Assembly (NCBI RefSeq): GCF_963676685.1
Contig: NC_092348.1
Location: 96,534,001 to 96,598,000, forward strand
Reading direction: 5' to 3'
Length of the DNA: 64,000 nt
From: Mytilus edulis
Lineage: Eukaryota
Position numbers and translations under genes: made by a program. Shown piece by piece: positions 26,801 through 39,700 of this stretch (its first letter is position 1; each line of letters opens with the position of its first letter). The notes beneath the pieces are model-generated. The model did not search any database. It was not told the DNA's origin and worked only from the letters and a program-made list of their open reading frames with translations.

Positions 26801-27710
26801 ATTTTTAATTACTTGTTATATTATTAATCTTGAGACATACATATAAAATGCAGCATTACTAGATAACATATTCTATTTTTATGGTAAAATAATAATAATA
26901 TATCTAAATAATTTAATTTTGAACGTAACGCGTCTTCTGATTGCCTGACAGTTTGTTGTCTATCAGACATAATTTGGCATGTGCATATGATTGTGATGTC
27001 ATCAACGATTTTTCGTGATTGATTCCGGCTTAAAATTGGATTTAGAATTAAAATATAAGGAATGACTGTATTTTTTTTCAATCTATTCCAAATAACATCA
27101 CAAATGAGGTGCACACTTAAAAAAAACGCTACGCAGGTTGCTCAGTGTCCACCGTTATTTGTTCATAGACATAAACAATATTAATAGTCATTCATTAAAA
27201 TGATAATTGTAGAGTTTTGTGTGTAATTCCGGAGCATACATAGTACATATTTAACACAAAACAGTTCCACGCATGGCTGTAACTTTCAAAACATGTAGAT
27301 TATTTGGTTATTTATTTCTGTCAAATGAAAGCTGAATGATAATCTTTGAAGAACAATATTTGACTTTCGAATTTTGATAAAAAAAAAAAATGGTGTGTAT
27401 TTTAAAAGGAGTGTTCATTTTCCTCGTGTGTCATATTTGAAGTACTAGTACCTTCTTTGGTAATTCCTACGTTCCGGGAACCATTGCTCTCTTACATGCA
27501 ATTATAGAGTTAAGTTGATATTTGCAATACAAGACACTATAAACAGTTGCTTTTGAAATGTAATGATTGCGGGAATGATTGTCACTTTATTTGAACTAAA
27601 GACAAAAGAGCTTTGATTGCTGGAATGAGAGGAATTTAACATAGACAACAATGAGGCGATGAGTAAGTGATGTTCCTTCTCGAGGGCAGATCTACCAGTT
27701 TCGCTACTTT

Positions 27711-30700
27711 TCAAGACTCGGGGCGATTTAAAATCATATTATAGGCACCTGTCTTAGAAGTTTTAGAAATACTTTCATATCTCGGTGTCTTGATAAATTG
27801 TTTTAATTGCTGTCTCATTGACTAATACCATGTAAAACCAATATAATAATTTAAATTACAAAATAGAATGCTAAAGAAGTCACTTACTGGTATTAGCATC
27901 ACTGTCGGCTATCACTACTTCCGGTTGCTGTCTTGTCGTCTGCTTGACAACCTTAGCATATATTTTATTAGTATTTTCACCTGTTTCAATTGACTGTATG
28001 CTGGGTTGGTTCTTATAATACATTGTATTACTTGTATATGCAGGTTCTATTGGTCCAAAGTCTTCAATAGCTGTTAAAGTAATTCAAAATGAAAGTTATT
28101 AGAGAGTATATAGAAATGGCTTATGTCTTTATTGTTGTTTGTCTTTTCGCCTATTGTGGTCACGATGTTGTCTGTTTTATATTGATCTAATAATTTTTTA
28201 ATTAATACCTCATTTATATTAAGTTGTGCTATCCTGTATATGTCTGTTCCATAAGCCAATAGAATTTATTTTACCTCCTATATATTTCAAGCAATTTGAT
28301 TGATTAAAAGCGACCTCATGGAGACCGTGTATATTTCATATGGGGTTCGAAGCCGTTTTTTTTTTAAACACGGTTAGTAGTAGTGTTAAGTCCCATTATA
28401 CATTTATCTATATGTATAAAGATAAAAACACGGCGTTGAGGAAAAATCTGAAACGTTTTGATCAGACAACAGATGAAGAAATTGACAATGAACAATTGAA
28501 AAAGATGCAAAAACACATTAAAGCTAACAGGTTGCTATTGCTGGCATTTGCTTTTGTTAAGACCAATGGAAGTAGGTTCTTTATACTGAAGACTTGATCA
28601 CTTTAATAGGTCACTGTTCTAAATGTCACATGTTAATATCATCAGTAAGATAAATTCGTAACTCAGTGTGCTAGTGACCTAATACGATATATATGTGGGA
28701 TGATGGAATTTACTGAACCCATATATATCGCATTAGATGTAACTAATAATATTTTTACAACAAAGACACAAGGACTGCATTAGACAGTGTCATAAATGTA
28801 CCTTGTGGAAGTTAGTTATTCATTAATTAGGCGTTTAACCTCAGAACTCCAAGGGAGTCTTGGGAGTCAGTAGCCATAATTTTGAAACATTTTTTTTGTT
28901 TTCAAACAATTATAAATGAACTACGAGTTTCTTCACAAATGAATACAATTGACTGAATTATTTGTTTTATAAATTGTAAATATATATGACCACCTTATAT
29001 TCATTTAATGTCGAGTATATTATCAAATGCAAATACTCACGATTTTCTTTTATAATATCATCTATATCCTTTGAACTGAAAAAAAAAGTTATTTGGTTGA
29101 AGTTTACTTTTGTCATACAGATTTAAATGTCATCTTATGTGAGAAAATTCAAAGCAATACCAAAAAATGTTGATTTATCCAGTTCCGCATTTCCCCCAAA
29201 GTTCACATTAAGATTACCCTGGTTATGTTAATTGCGTTCTTCCATAATTTGAAAAAAAAATCTAATGTTTTAAAGAGCCAGTCTGTGATAAAACCATGCA
29301 AAATGGTCCAAATCCAAAATATTCCAATCAGACTGATATTTTGTATTTTAGATACCTTATATGTAATAACTATTTGTGCAAAATATTTTGAAAAAATATT
29401 CAGCCATTATTTGTGTATGCCGAACATTCGATAATTGTCTATTTCTGTACTGACAAATGGCCATTTCAAGCCTATTTTAGGGTATTTTAACCTGATTTTT
29501 TTTTGTTTTATAGAAAAAATACAGCTTAATGATAACAAATATCTTAACTAACAACTTAAAATGAAAGGAAATTATGATTATTCAAAAAGTTGTGAGATTT
29601 CTCAATACCCCTACTAATAGGTTGAAATTGCATGGTTTTGAAAAAGTGCCGATTCAGCAAAATTTGTATATTTTTAAAGGCTTGAATCTTGTAAGATCAT
29701 GTTTTATTTTCAATAAAATGTAATATTTCATGAAGCTTATATATTTATCTACAAAATGCAAGAAAATGGTGCTCGGCAAATGATACCTTCTTACGGGAAA
29801 ATAATAATTAAAGATAGGCGTGATGGCCATTTTGCCGATTTTTTGATTTTTTGTTCTGTTTCATTAGAATCTTTTTAAAAGTATGTAATAGTCAAAATAT
29901 AAGAAAAATAATGACTGAACTAATGTTTACTGGTTATATTAATTGAATAAACCAAGTTTAACTTAGTTTAAATTATAAAATATATTAAAGGAGTAAACCC
30001 GGGAAAACCGCTTTTTTGCATTTTTTGCCCCTAAACTGAGCATTTTTACCATATGTTTAAAATCTTAACTTATTCAAAAGTAAATTACTTTAGTAACTTA
30101 AAATGGGCTGTTTTATTTACAATACTATGCACACTCATCAGGTAATATCATCATGAGTTCTTCACAATTTTAGCATTTTATAATAGTCTAGTTTTTAGAC
30201 GCTTTTTTGTCTAAATTCAAAGTGGCCGCAATTGAGTTCACTCTTAAATTTTTAAAACATGTTGTATTTGATAATGATTCATAAAGCTGTTTAACATATA
30301 AGAGATAGAGACTCAACATGAATGCAACCCCTTGCAATTTAGACAAAAATACTATCATAAAAGTACTAAAAATTCTAAGCACGTCTCCTTCAGATGAAAT
30401 CAGGGTATTTTCTTTTCTAAAATAGTATGAAAATGTAGACAAAATTGTACAAACTGCGCAGCCTTGTACATCCATGTTATCTATTTCCAGAAAAGAGGAA
30501 GATTTAATAGTTTTGTGAATTTCATAGAATTGTGCCTTACCTAGAAAAGTGCTATATTTTGTATATTGTGATAAAGCTTTATGTCAAATATAAAGAGACT
30601 ACTCCTTGTAGTTCCTGATAAAACTGAAACTGAAATTTTGTGACGCTGACATGAACAAGTTCGTTATCCCTATGTCAATTCTGGGAGAACAGTTGACATA

Positions 30701-33700
30701 ACAGTAATGTTAAGTTTCCTCCTAGAGTGTAATCTCTAACAATTTGAGGCTTGGGAATAAGACATGTAATAAAATAAACGGTATCAATTTTCTTGCACCA
30801 GATGCGCATTTCGACAATACATGTCTCTTCAGTGATGCTCGTGGCCAAAATATTTGAAATCCAAAGCTTATATAAAAGATGAAGAGCTATAATCCAAAAG
30901 GTCCAAAAAGTATAGCCAAATCCGTGAAAGGAATCAGAGCTTTGCATGAGGGAGATACATTCCTTAATTTATAATAATTTCTATCATTTTGTAACAGCAA
31001 ATTTTAAAATACAGATGGCCTATTACTACCAGCTGAGACAAACACAAATATTTCAAATTGCAATAAAATTTATTTCATAACCACATGTAATAACCAGATA
31101 TTCCGCAGGCTGCAGCTTTATACGACCACAGAGGTCGAACCCTGAACAGTTGGGGCAAAGTATGGACACAACATTTAAGCTTGATATAGCTCTGAATTTG
31201 GATTGTGCTTAAATAGTTGACACAACAGAATGAGTGTGGTCTAAGAACTTAAACTTAAAAACTTTAAAAAAATTAATTTGACATTTGCCTATTATGGTCC
31301 AATATCCAAAATCTAAATACATGGTTAGATTCAGCATATCATAGAACCCCAAGAATTCAATTTTTGATGCAATCAAATTATGTTCAATTTTTGACCCCAT
31401 TAGACTTCAATGTGGACCAATTTGATAACCGAGCCCAAATATTAAAAATTTAAATACATGGTTAGATTGAGCATATTGAAGAACCCCATTTATTCAATTT
31501 TGTTGAAATCAAACAAAGTTTAATTTTGGACCCCGATTTGGACCAACTTGAAAACTGGGCCCATAATAAAAAATCTTAGTACATTTTTAGATTCAGCATT
31601 ATCAAAGAACCCCAAGAATTAAATTTTTGTTAAAATCAAAATAAGTTTAATTTTGGATCCTTTGGACCTTAATGTAAACCAATTTGAAAACAGGACCAAA
31701 AATTAAGAATCTAAATTCACTGTTAGATTTGGCATATCAAAGAACCCCAATAATTCATTTTTTGATGAAATCAAACAGTTTAATTTTGGACCCTTTTTGG
31801 CCCTTAATTCCTAAATTTTTGGGACCAAAACTCCCAAAATCAATCCCAACCTTTCTTTTATGGTCATAAACCTTGTGTTTAAATTTCATAGATTTCTATT
31901 AACTTATACTAAAGTTATAGTGCGAAAACCAAATATCTTAGGATGACGACGACGATGTCAACGGCAACGTCATACCAATATGCGACCAAAATTTTTCATT
32001 TTTTGCGGTTGTATAAAAACAAATATACACAGATAAATGGTTAAACTGTTGAGCAGACAATTACAATTACCCAGCCACGTCCACTTGTATTTTTGTCCAT
32101 CTGATGAGTTAATCCTTTTTCAACTGATTTTTATAATTCGTTCTTATGTTTTACTGTTATACCACTGTCCTAGGTTAGGGGAGGGTTGGGACCCCCCGCT
32201 AACATGTTTAACCCCGCTACATTATTTATGTATGTGTCTGTCCCAAGTCAGGAGCCTGTAATTCAGTGGTAGTCGTTTGTTTATGTGTAACATATTTGTT
32301 TTTCATTCATTTTTAGCTCACCTGGCCCTAAGGGCCAAGTGAGCTTTTCTCATCACTTGGCGTCCGTCGTATGTCGTCCGTCGTCGTCCGTCGTCGTCGT
32401 CCGTCGTTAACTTTTTACATTTTGAACTTCTTCTAGAGAACCACTGAATGGAATGAAACCAAACATGGCATGAATGTTCTTTATGAGGTGCTGACCAAGT
32501 GTTGTTACTTTGTAGCCGATCCATTATCCAAAATGGCCGCCAGCGGGGGACTTAGTTTAACATAGGACCCTATGGGAAATGCATACAAATGACTTCTTCT
32601 AGAGAACCACTGAATGGAATGAAACCAAACACGGAATGAATGTTCCTTATGAGGTGCTGACCAAGTGTTGTTACTTTGTAGCCGATCCATTATCCAAAAT
32701 GGCCGCCAGCGGGGGACTTAGTTTAACATAGGGCCCTATGGGAAATGCATACAAATGACTTCTTCTAGAGAACCACTGATTGGAATGAAACCAAACATGA
32801 CATGAACGTTCCTTATGAGGTGCTGACCTAGTGTTGTTACTTTGTCTCCGATCCATCATCCAAGATGGCTGCCAGCGGGGGGCTTAGTTTAACATAGGAC
32901 CCTAAGGGAAATGCATACAAAAGTCTTCTTCTAGAGAACCACGGAATTGAATGAAATCAAACATAGCATGAATTGTCCCTTCTTTATGAGGTGCTGACCA
33001 AGTGGTGTTACTTTGTACCCAAATTTCATCTGTTTTTATATGATTTCAAAAACCCAAGTAGAGTCAGGTGAGCGATACAGGCTCTTGAGGGCCTCTAGTT
33101 TATATACATAAGGCCTTTAGTTTTCTCAAATCCCTCCCCCCCCCCCCATTTATTGAAACCCCCTTTGAGAATAATCCTTAAACACAATCCCATCCTTTCC
33201 TTTTAAATATAGAACCTTGTAGTACAGTTACAGAGAGATCGATCCATATACTTAAACCCAAGTTATTCTTTGGATACTAGAAACATGTTTCTTTTTGGCC
33301 CTTTTTTGGCCCCTTATTCCTACATATTTTGGACAATTAATCCAAAACTAAATCCCAACCTCCCCTTTGTTATATGGAGCATTGTGGTGCAGTTTGAGAG
33401 AGATCCATACAATTACACACAAGTTATTGTCTTGAAACTAGAAAAATGCTTGTTTTTTGGCCCCTTTTTGGCCCTTTATTCCTAACTTTGAACCCATGAC
33501 CCCTTTAAATGAATCCAAACCTTCTACGTGTGGTTTTAAACATTGTGATACAATATCAGAGCAATTGAAATACTTATACACAAGTTATTATCCTTAAACT
33601 ATAAAATGCTTGTTTTAGGCCCCTTCTGGGCCCTTAATTCCTAAACGGTTGGGACCATCATCCCCAAAATCGATCCAAACCTTCCTTTTGTGGTATTGAA

Positions 33701-36700
33701 CCTTCTGAAAAAAAATCATAAAGATCTATACCCTTAAACTAAAGTTATTGTCCGGAATATAAGTCTACTTTGATCAGTTTTAGTTAAAATATTAAGGGGC
33801 AAAAACTATTACAATTAGTGCATGTTATAGATATTTGGGAGCATTTTTTTACCAATTTTCCAATATTTGCCAGGCTAAATTTTTTTACTTGTCTTAGAAC
33901 TGATATGCACCTTTAAAAAAATCCTAAAAGTTGACAAAAATAAATATGATCTTGAGAGAAAACACCTACTGAGTACATGTACTACATGCAAGTTATCTAA
34001 TACATCTGTTGCACGAACCTCTCTGGCAACCTGCCAAAAGGTAACAAAAATGTCAAAATGCATTTTTTCTTTTTTTTTGATAATGTTCTTTGCAAAATAT
34101 AACAAGATAATGCTATATTTAAGAGATATATAAATTATCCAGACCTTTAAAAAGAACCTAAATATGGTGATTTTTTTGCATTTTTTTTTTAATAATTCAC
34201 AAATATGCAAATAAGGCTGTAAAATGAAAAATAGTGTGAATTTACAAAAAAAAATTTTTTTATCTTAACTCCTAAATACCCAAAGATTTTGAAAATATAG
34301 ATAATTTTGCCCAGTTATAACTACCAATTTGGACGAAATTTGAGATTTTGCATGGTTTTATGGCAGACTGGCTCTTAATACCTTGATCTCCATGATCTCT
34401 TGCGTTGTTTTTCTGCAAATAAAAAAACAAAAAAAATGGTTAAAACTTAAAACATTTGTTTTAAATATGTCTTAGTGTATAGAAAGATAAAAATAAGAAA
34501 ATGAAGTATGCGTGTCAATGAAACAACTCTCCATTCAAATTTAAAAATTGTAAAAGTAAACCATTATAGGCCAATGAACCATTTGTCAGAAACGAAAAAA
34601 ATAGTACTAATTCAAGTTATTTGAGAACCATATTGGGCTGCTTAAAATGTCAAAATTACCAGTCAAATTTAAAACATTAGATGAACCTCACTATCTGCTG
34701 AACACTTTTATTATTATTTTAATTGAAAGTTGGAATACGGTTATCAAAATTCCCGGATATTAGTTTAGTTCTAATTCTTGAGAGACGGTGAAATGAAGAA
34801 AGAGGTGGCAAACATTTTAATAAATCATGGTAAAAGATTACGTGACAATGGAAGTTTACAGTTGTTATATCATCACCATCCCCCTAAAAAAAGAGAGATA
34901 AAAGTCCCCATCCCCCTAAAAAAAAAGAGAGATAAATCCCCATCCCCCTAAAAAAGTTTTTTTTTCATTGTAAACCGGGGAATCTGTACACTATCGCTAT
35001 TCGAAATTATTCGATACTTGTTGAGAGATTTTTGTTTTTCTGAATAAAACTTCATCAGTACTGCTCAAACTCAAACAATGAAAACTGTGTAAGTATTTAT
35101 TTACCTTTCTTTTGCTTTTTTCTGTAGCAGTTTACTACACAGGCAGCTAATATAATGAACACAACAGCACCGAGAACACCAGCTACAATAGCTTCTACCT
35201 TCACGGAAGATTCCGAATGAGGTTCTACAATAATACAATTGAAAAAAATGTGTTAGAAAGTCAAACATGTCAAGTTGGAAATAGGCATATGCAATTTGAA
35301 CGTTGGAAATGTCCACTGAGAAATGTATAATTTAATCTAAAATATGATAACTTGGAAGTGAGTAATGTCAAGTTGTCCTTTCAAACAGAGAATCAGAATA
35401 TCATTCCCGGATATGGATAAAGCCAGTATGGATATTCTTTAAAATATTTATACTGGAAAAGAAAGGATATGAGGTATCTTTTGATAACACGAAGTCACAA
35501 TAAAAGCAACCAAAGTCAAATGGACGGTACTTCCATCACTGAACGCATTCTAAAAGTCAGCATTTCCTTCGACATTAAGAAACACTCTAACCGTATCTTT
35601 AGTTAGTTAGATAAGTGTATGTTTATCAATTTCATCACTTTTCAGTTTTATAAGTGTGTTCTTTCCTCATAGATGACAAGTTCATACAACATAGACCAAT
35701 CAAATAATATATCACAACCATAATACTATATCTATAAAACGAAAGAGGCAAGTCATGTTCTTACAAAAAAAATCTCTAATAAAATGACAAAACAGTTGTT
35801 ACATAACATTGCATATCTCTGCTGCTTACAGTCAAACGTAAACTTATACGTTTGATATATGTTGTCTCTTTGACACATTCCCCATTTTCATTCTCAATTT
35901 TATTATAGTATAAGTGTCTTGTAATATATGCGGGATAATTTAAAGAAAATGGAGACATACGGATTATGCTTTTATTAGACCAACGAGTTGTTCTTTCACG
36001 TGCAAAGAGATTGTAAATAATTACACTAGATTCAGTGTTAAATATCTCCATTCCGAATGGACGTGGCTTCTTACTTATACATCCCCAAGGAAATGGTATG
36101 CCCTTCTTAAATGTGTGTACATTGGGAGACGTAGAAGTTTACCATTTGTTTCTGTTCTCTTGCAAGATTATCTATCGTCTATCGTTTTTAATTAATGATT
36201 TCATAAAACCATAAAACAAGGTTCAACCAGACATTTTTTTATACAAATGTCCCGTACCAAGTCAGAATATTGCAGTTATCAAATATAAAAAAGAAGATGT
36301 GGTATGATTGCCAATGAGATAAATAGTCTGTTTCTATATATATTGGCGTTTGTTTCTGTTACAGTTTCATTGTTTCTGTTCTTCCTTGTTTGTTTTTTCT
36401 TAATGTTTTTCTCGGTCTTAGTTTGTAATCGGAATTTGTTTTCGCTTACTATTGAATAGCAGTACTGTTGGTTCACTTCCAATTTGAACACTTACCAATT
36501 ATATTTACAGTAAAACTTGTATTGTCTTGTCCTATCGAGTTGCGTACCATAAGAGTGTATTGACCACTGTGTGAAGAATTAGTTTTTCCTATGGTTAGTG
36601 TCAGTAGATGAATTGCGTCATTACTAATATCAGATATCAGAACATTGTTGTCTGAAATTAAGATCCGATTGGTCTGAGAGCTGTTGGATCTGAAATACCA

Positions 36701-39700
36701 CGTGATGTTGGGTTGAGGAAAAGCTACTATCTTAGTTTCTAATGTAAACATCCCTCCAGCCTCGATAGAGATCTCGTCCCGGTTGTTTGTGCTCTGATCT
36801 TTGTGCGGTGAACCTGCGATATTTGGTATTGAGAATAACTTAGACATACAAATCCATTCAAGAATTGTCAGATGCATTAAGTAGAACATAAAAAGTATAT
36901 ATAAATGATGCTGAAAATAACTTTTCGTTCTAACGAGAGTGGAATTTCAGTAGATGGTAGTTAATTAAGCGTATAACAAAACATAGTAGCTAGAAAAGAA
37001 ATGAAGTTATTTCTTGAACATGCAAACAATAAAAAGTACCTGCATGACCCGTTGTCGTTGGTATGTTCGTAAGACCTTAGTGCTAAACATGACTTATTTA
37101 TTCTAACAGTTATTTTAAGAAATACAAGTTCACTAGCAGGGGTGAACCCTGAGAAAATTAACCTTATGACACAGATTTCAGTATCATATGCCAATGTCAT
37201 AATGAAGAGACCATTTATATCAGGCCAATATCGGAGCATGGACTTCTTGGGGAAAGTTTACTCGGGTTTACGCGAAGCTATAAAGACAAAGTTATGTAAA
37301 TAAGTTGTGCATATTCAAAAGTAATTTTCTTACAGAAGACACTTAGTCTGAAATGAAGTCTGTCTGGCTGAATGAGACCATTATCGACAGAAACCGTATA
37401 GTTTCCTGTGTCCTCACACTTAGAAGTCATATTCAGACTGCTGTTCGTGACGTCATTTTCTGTCAGCAATATGGCGTCGGTTCTATCTCGTGTCCATGTT
37501 ACGTTAGGTAGAGGTTTGCCTTCTACATCGACATAAGCTGTATATGTTTGTCCTTCTGTCATAGATGTATTTGTAGTGTTGAACATCAAGACTGATCCTT
37601 TATCTGAAAAGGACAAGTACATGATATTTACATACTTTACTCAATACAAGATACGAGATGCAATATATGTGTTCCAGACCGTATGAGGATTTTGACCGTA
37701 CGCGTACGGTCTGGACCGTATGCGTACGGTCTGGACCGTATGCGCACATTTTCAAAGTACGCGTACGGTCTGGCTGATATTAAGAAGTTGGTCAAGTTTA
37801 TTAAATAAAAATGTAAATAACAGATCAACAAATCTTATATCTCAAATTAATATAAAAAGTTCAATTGATATTGAAATGAAAACATAATATTTTAACTTTC
37901 TAAAAAGGTCACGCTAGTTTAATCTGTTAATCTCCTGTAATTAGCATGTCAGTAGACATGTTACGAAAAGGTATATTCTCGTCGCTGAGGTTGACAAATT
38001 ACCCTTTTTTGGGGACGGTGTCAAAACATTGATTATAGATAAAAATTAAATCATGTGCGTCTTGGTGAATTCAAATCACATTTACGTAATATCCTAATAT
38101 TATGACACTTGCTTTTGTGATATTGTTGACTATCAAACGACTTGAAAGTTGTACGCGTGTAATAGTGGGTGGGATAGAAAAAGGGGGGCTGAGAGTTATA
38201 CAAGTTCATTCGATTCTAGATTGATTATATATACATAGTAAGCCAGTTAGATAATAATTTTATTGTTGTATTACAGTTCTTCTTCTTCTTATGGTATCCA
38301 GTTATCCATCAGATTTTTGATGATTACTAACTGCTAAATCAGTTCCTGAAAAAGTTTAACGTATGGCTTTATTAATCCCACACAACGCGCTATTGTCTGA
38401 TTGATTTCTTCTCTCGGGTGTCTCCATAAGCTTCCATTGACTCTGAAAGTTTTGAAACGCCTTATATCGTGTTCGACATATACCCGCCACTCTTATTTAC
38501 ACAAATTCATTTTTTTTACATTTTCTTCTTTCTGCTCGTCGTTTAGCTCTTAGTTGATGCCTTTTTCAAATCTAATCCTAGCCCCCTCCCTCTCCCTAAA
38601 AAACCAACTGGTAGAGTACACATCTATAAAACGCCATAATAATTATTTTAGGAAACCCCTAGCATTGTTAGCTTATATAGAGGAAAGACCCATCGGCCAT
38701 CGGTGTTAATTTTCCTATTGTCATTTTCTTATGAAACGGTTGGCGAATTTCAACCAAACTTTCCAAGAATTTGAAAAATACAAAATATCTGCATAAGGTG
38801 GTGTTAAGGTGTAGATGCAAAGTCATTATGTAATGCTTTTGAAACTCTGCGGGAATGTTCAACTGATGAGTAGTGAGTCATATTTTACACAAACCTCTTA
38901 TCGTTCTAAACAGGCATTAAATATTTGCCACTGAACGTTATGTAACCAATAATCAATCAATCACAAACACCTTATAAAGAAAATACAAATTGAGCTGAAA
39001 CTGTTTAAATTAAGACAAAGTTGGAAGAAAATAAAGGAAGAAAAGTCATGCCCTCGAAGCTATGTGACCGGGAGTATAAATTTTCTACATTAGAATGCAA
39101 CATGATTCGAGTTGAAATTGTATAAAACTCATGTCTATGTGTTTTAAAACAGACCCCGTCAGATAAAAATTTAGGTGGCAAACAACTGGATCAAAATACA
39201 TAAACTTCTTTGTTTGCTTTTCATACCTATATAAAAATGACCGTTACATATATTCACGAGCAGGTATTTGTAAAGCAGTTTATAATAATTAAGATTATTT
39301 GCAACTTCTATCAATTTTGCAAGGGCTCGACCGAAATATTTACACACGCATGTACCCCGTGTATCCGTTGCATTTACATGACCGCTCCCTCCCCCCTCCA
39401 AATATAATATTTCAACGGGGAACTTTAAAAAAAAAATGAAAAAAAGAAAAAGAATGCATATGCAAAGGAACATGCATGAACTGCAAACATGTAAATGTAA
39501 AATAAAAAAAAAACATTCCTTGTGGTAGTAAGTGTCAACTTGAGCGAGAGTACAAAAATAGGATTCAGATATATAGAATTAAACAAGCCGACCGTGCAAG
39601 GGCTGTATAGCCAGTCAAGGTCGTTAAAAACTTCCATTTGTTAAATTAAACAAACATTTAATTTTAATTGTACGCTTATTCATTTTATCCATCTAATGCA

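Larger units (their letters stand above)
29275..34374. mobile_element. Second Kolobok-like non-autonomous element, in a gene A intron, hosting nested elements
   Basis: TIR GAGCCAGTCTG..ATAAA(A)CCATGCAAAAT at both ends; flanks TAAA / TTAA (34375-34378); starts GAGC like the 5306 element. Confidence 0.75.

Noticed and set aside
28340-28597. 85-aa charged ORF in copy-2-specific sequence
   Set aside because: No recognisable domain or splice context; antisense within a gene A intron.
32100-32130. CTGATGAG motif (also at ~42110) as a hammerhead
   Set aside because: No GAAA or stem III/cleavage triplet follows.
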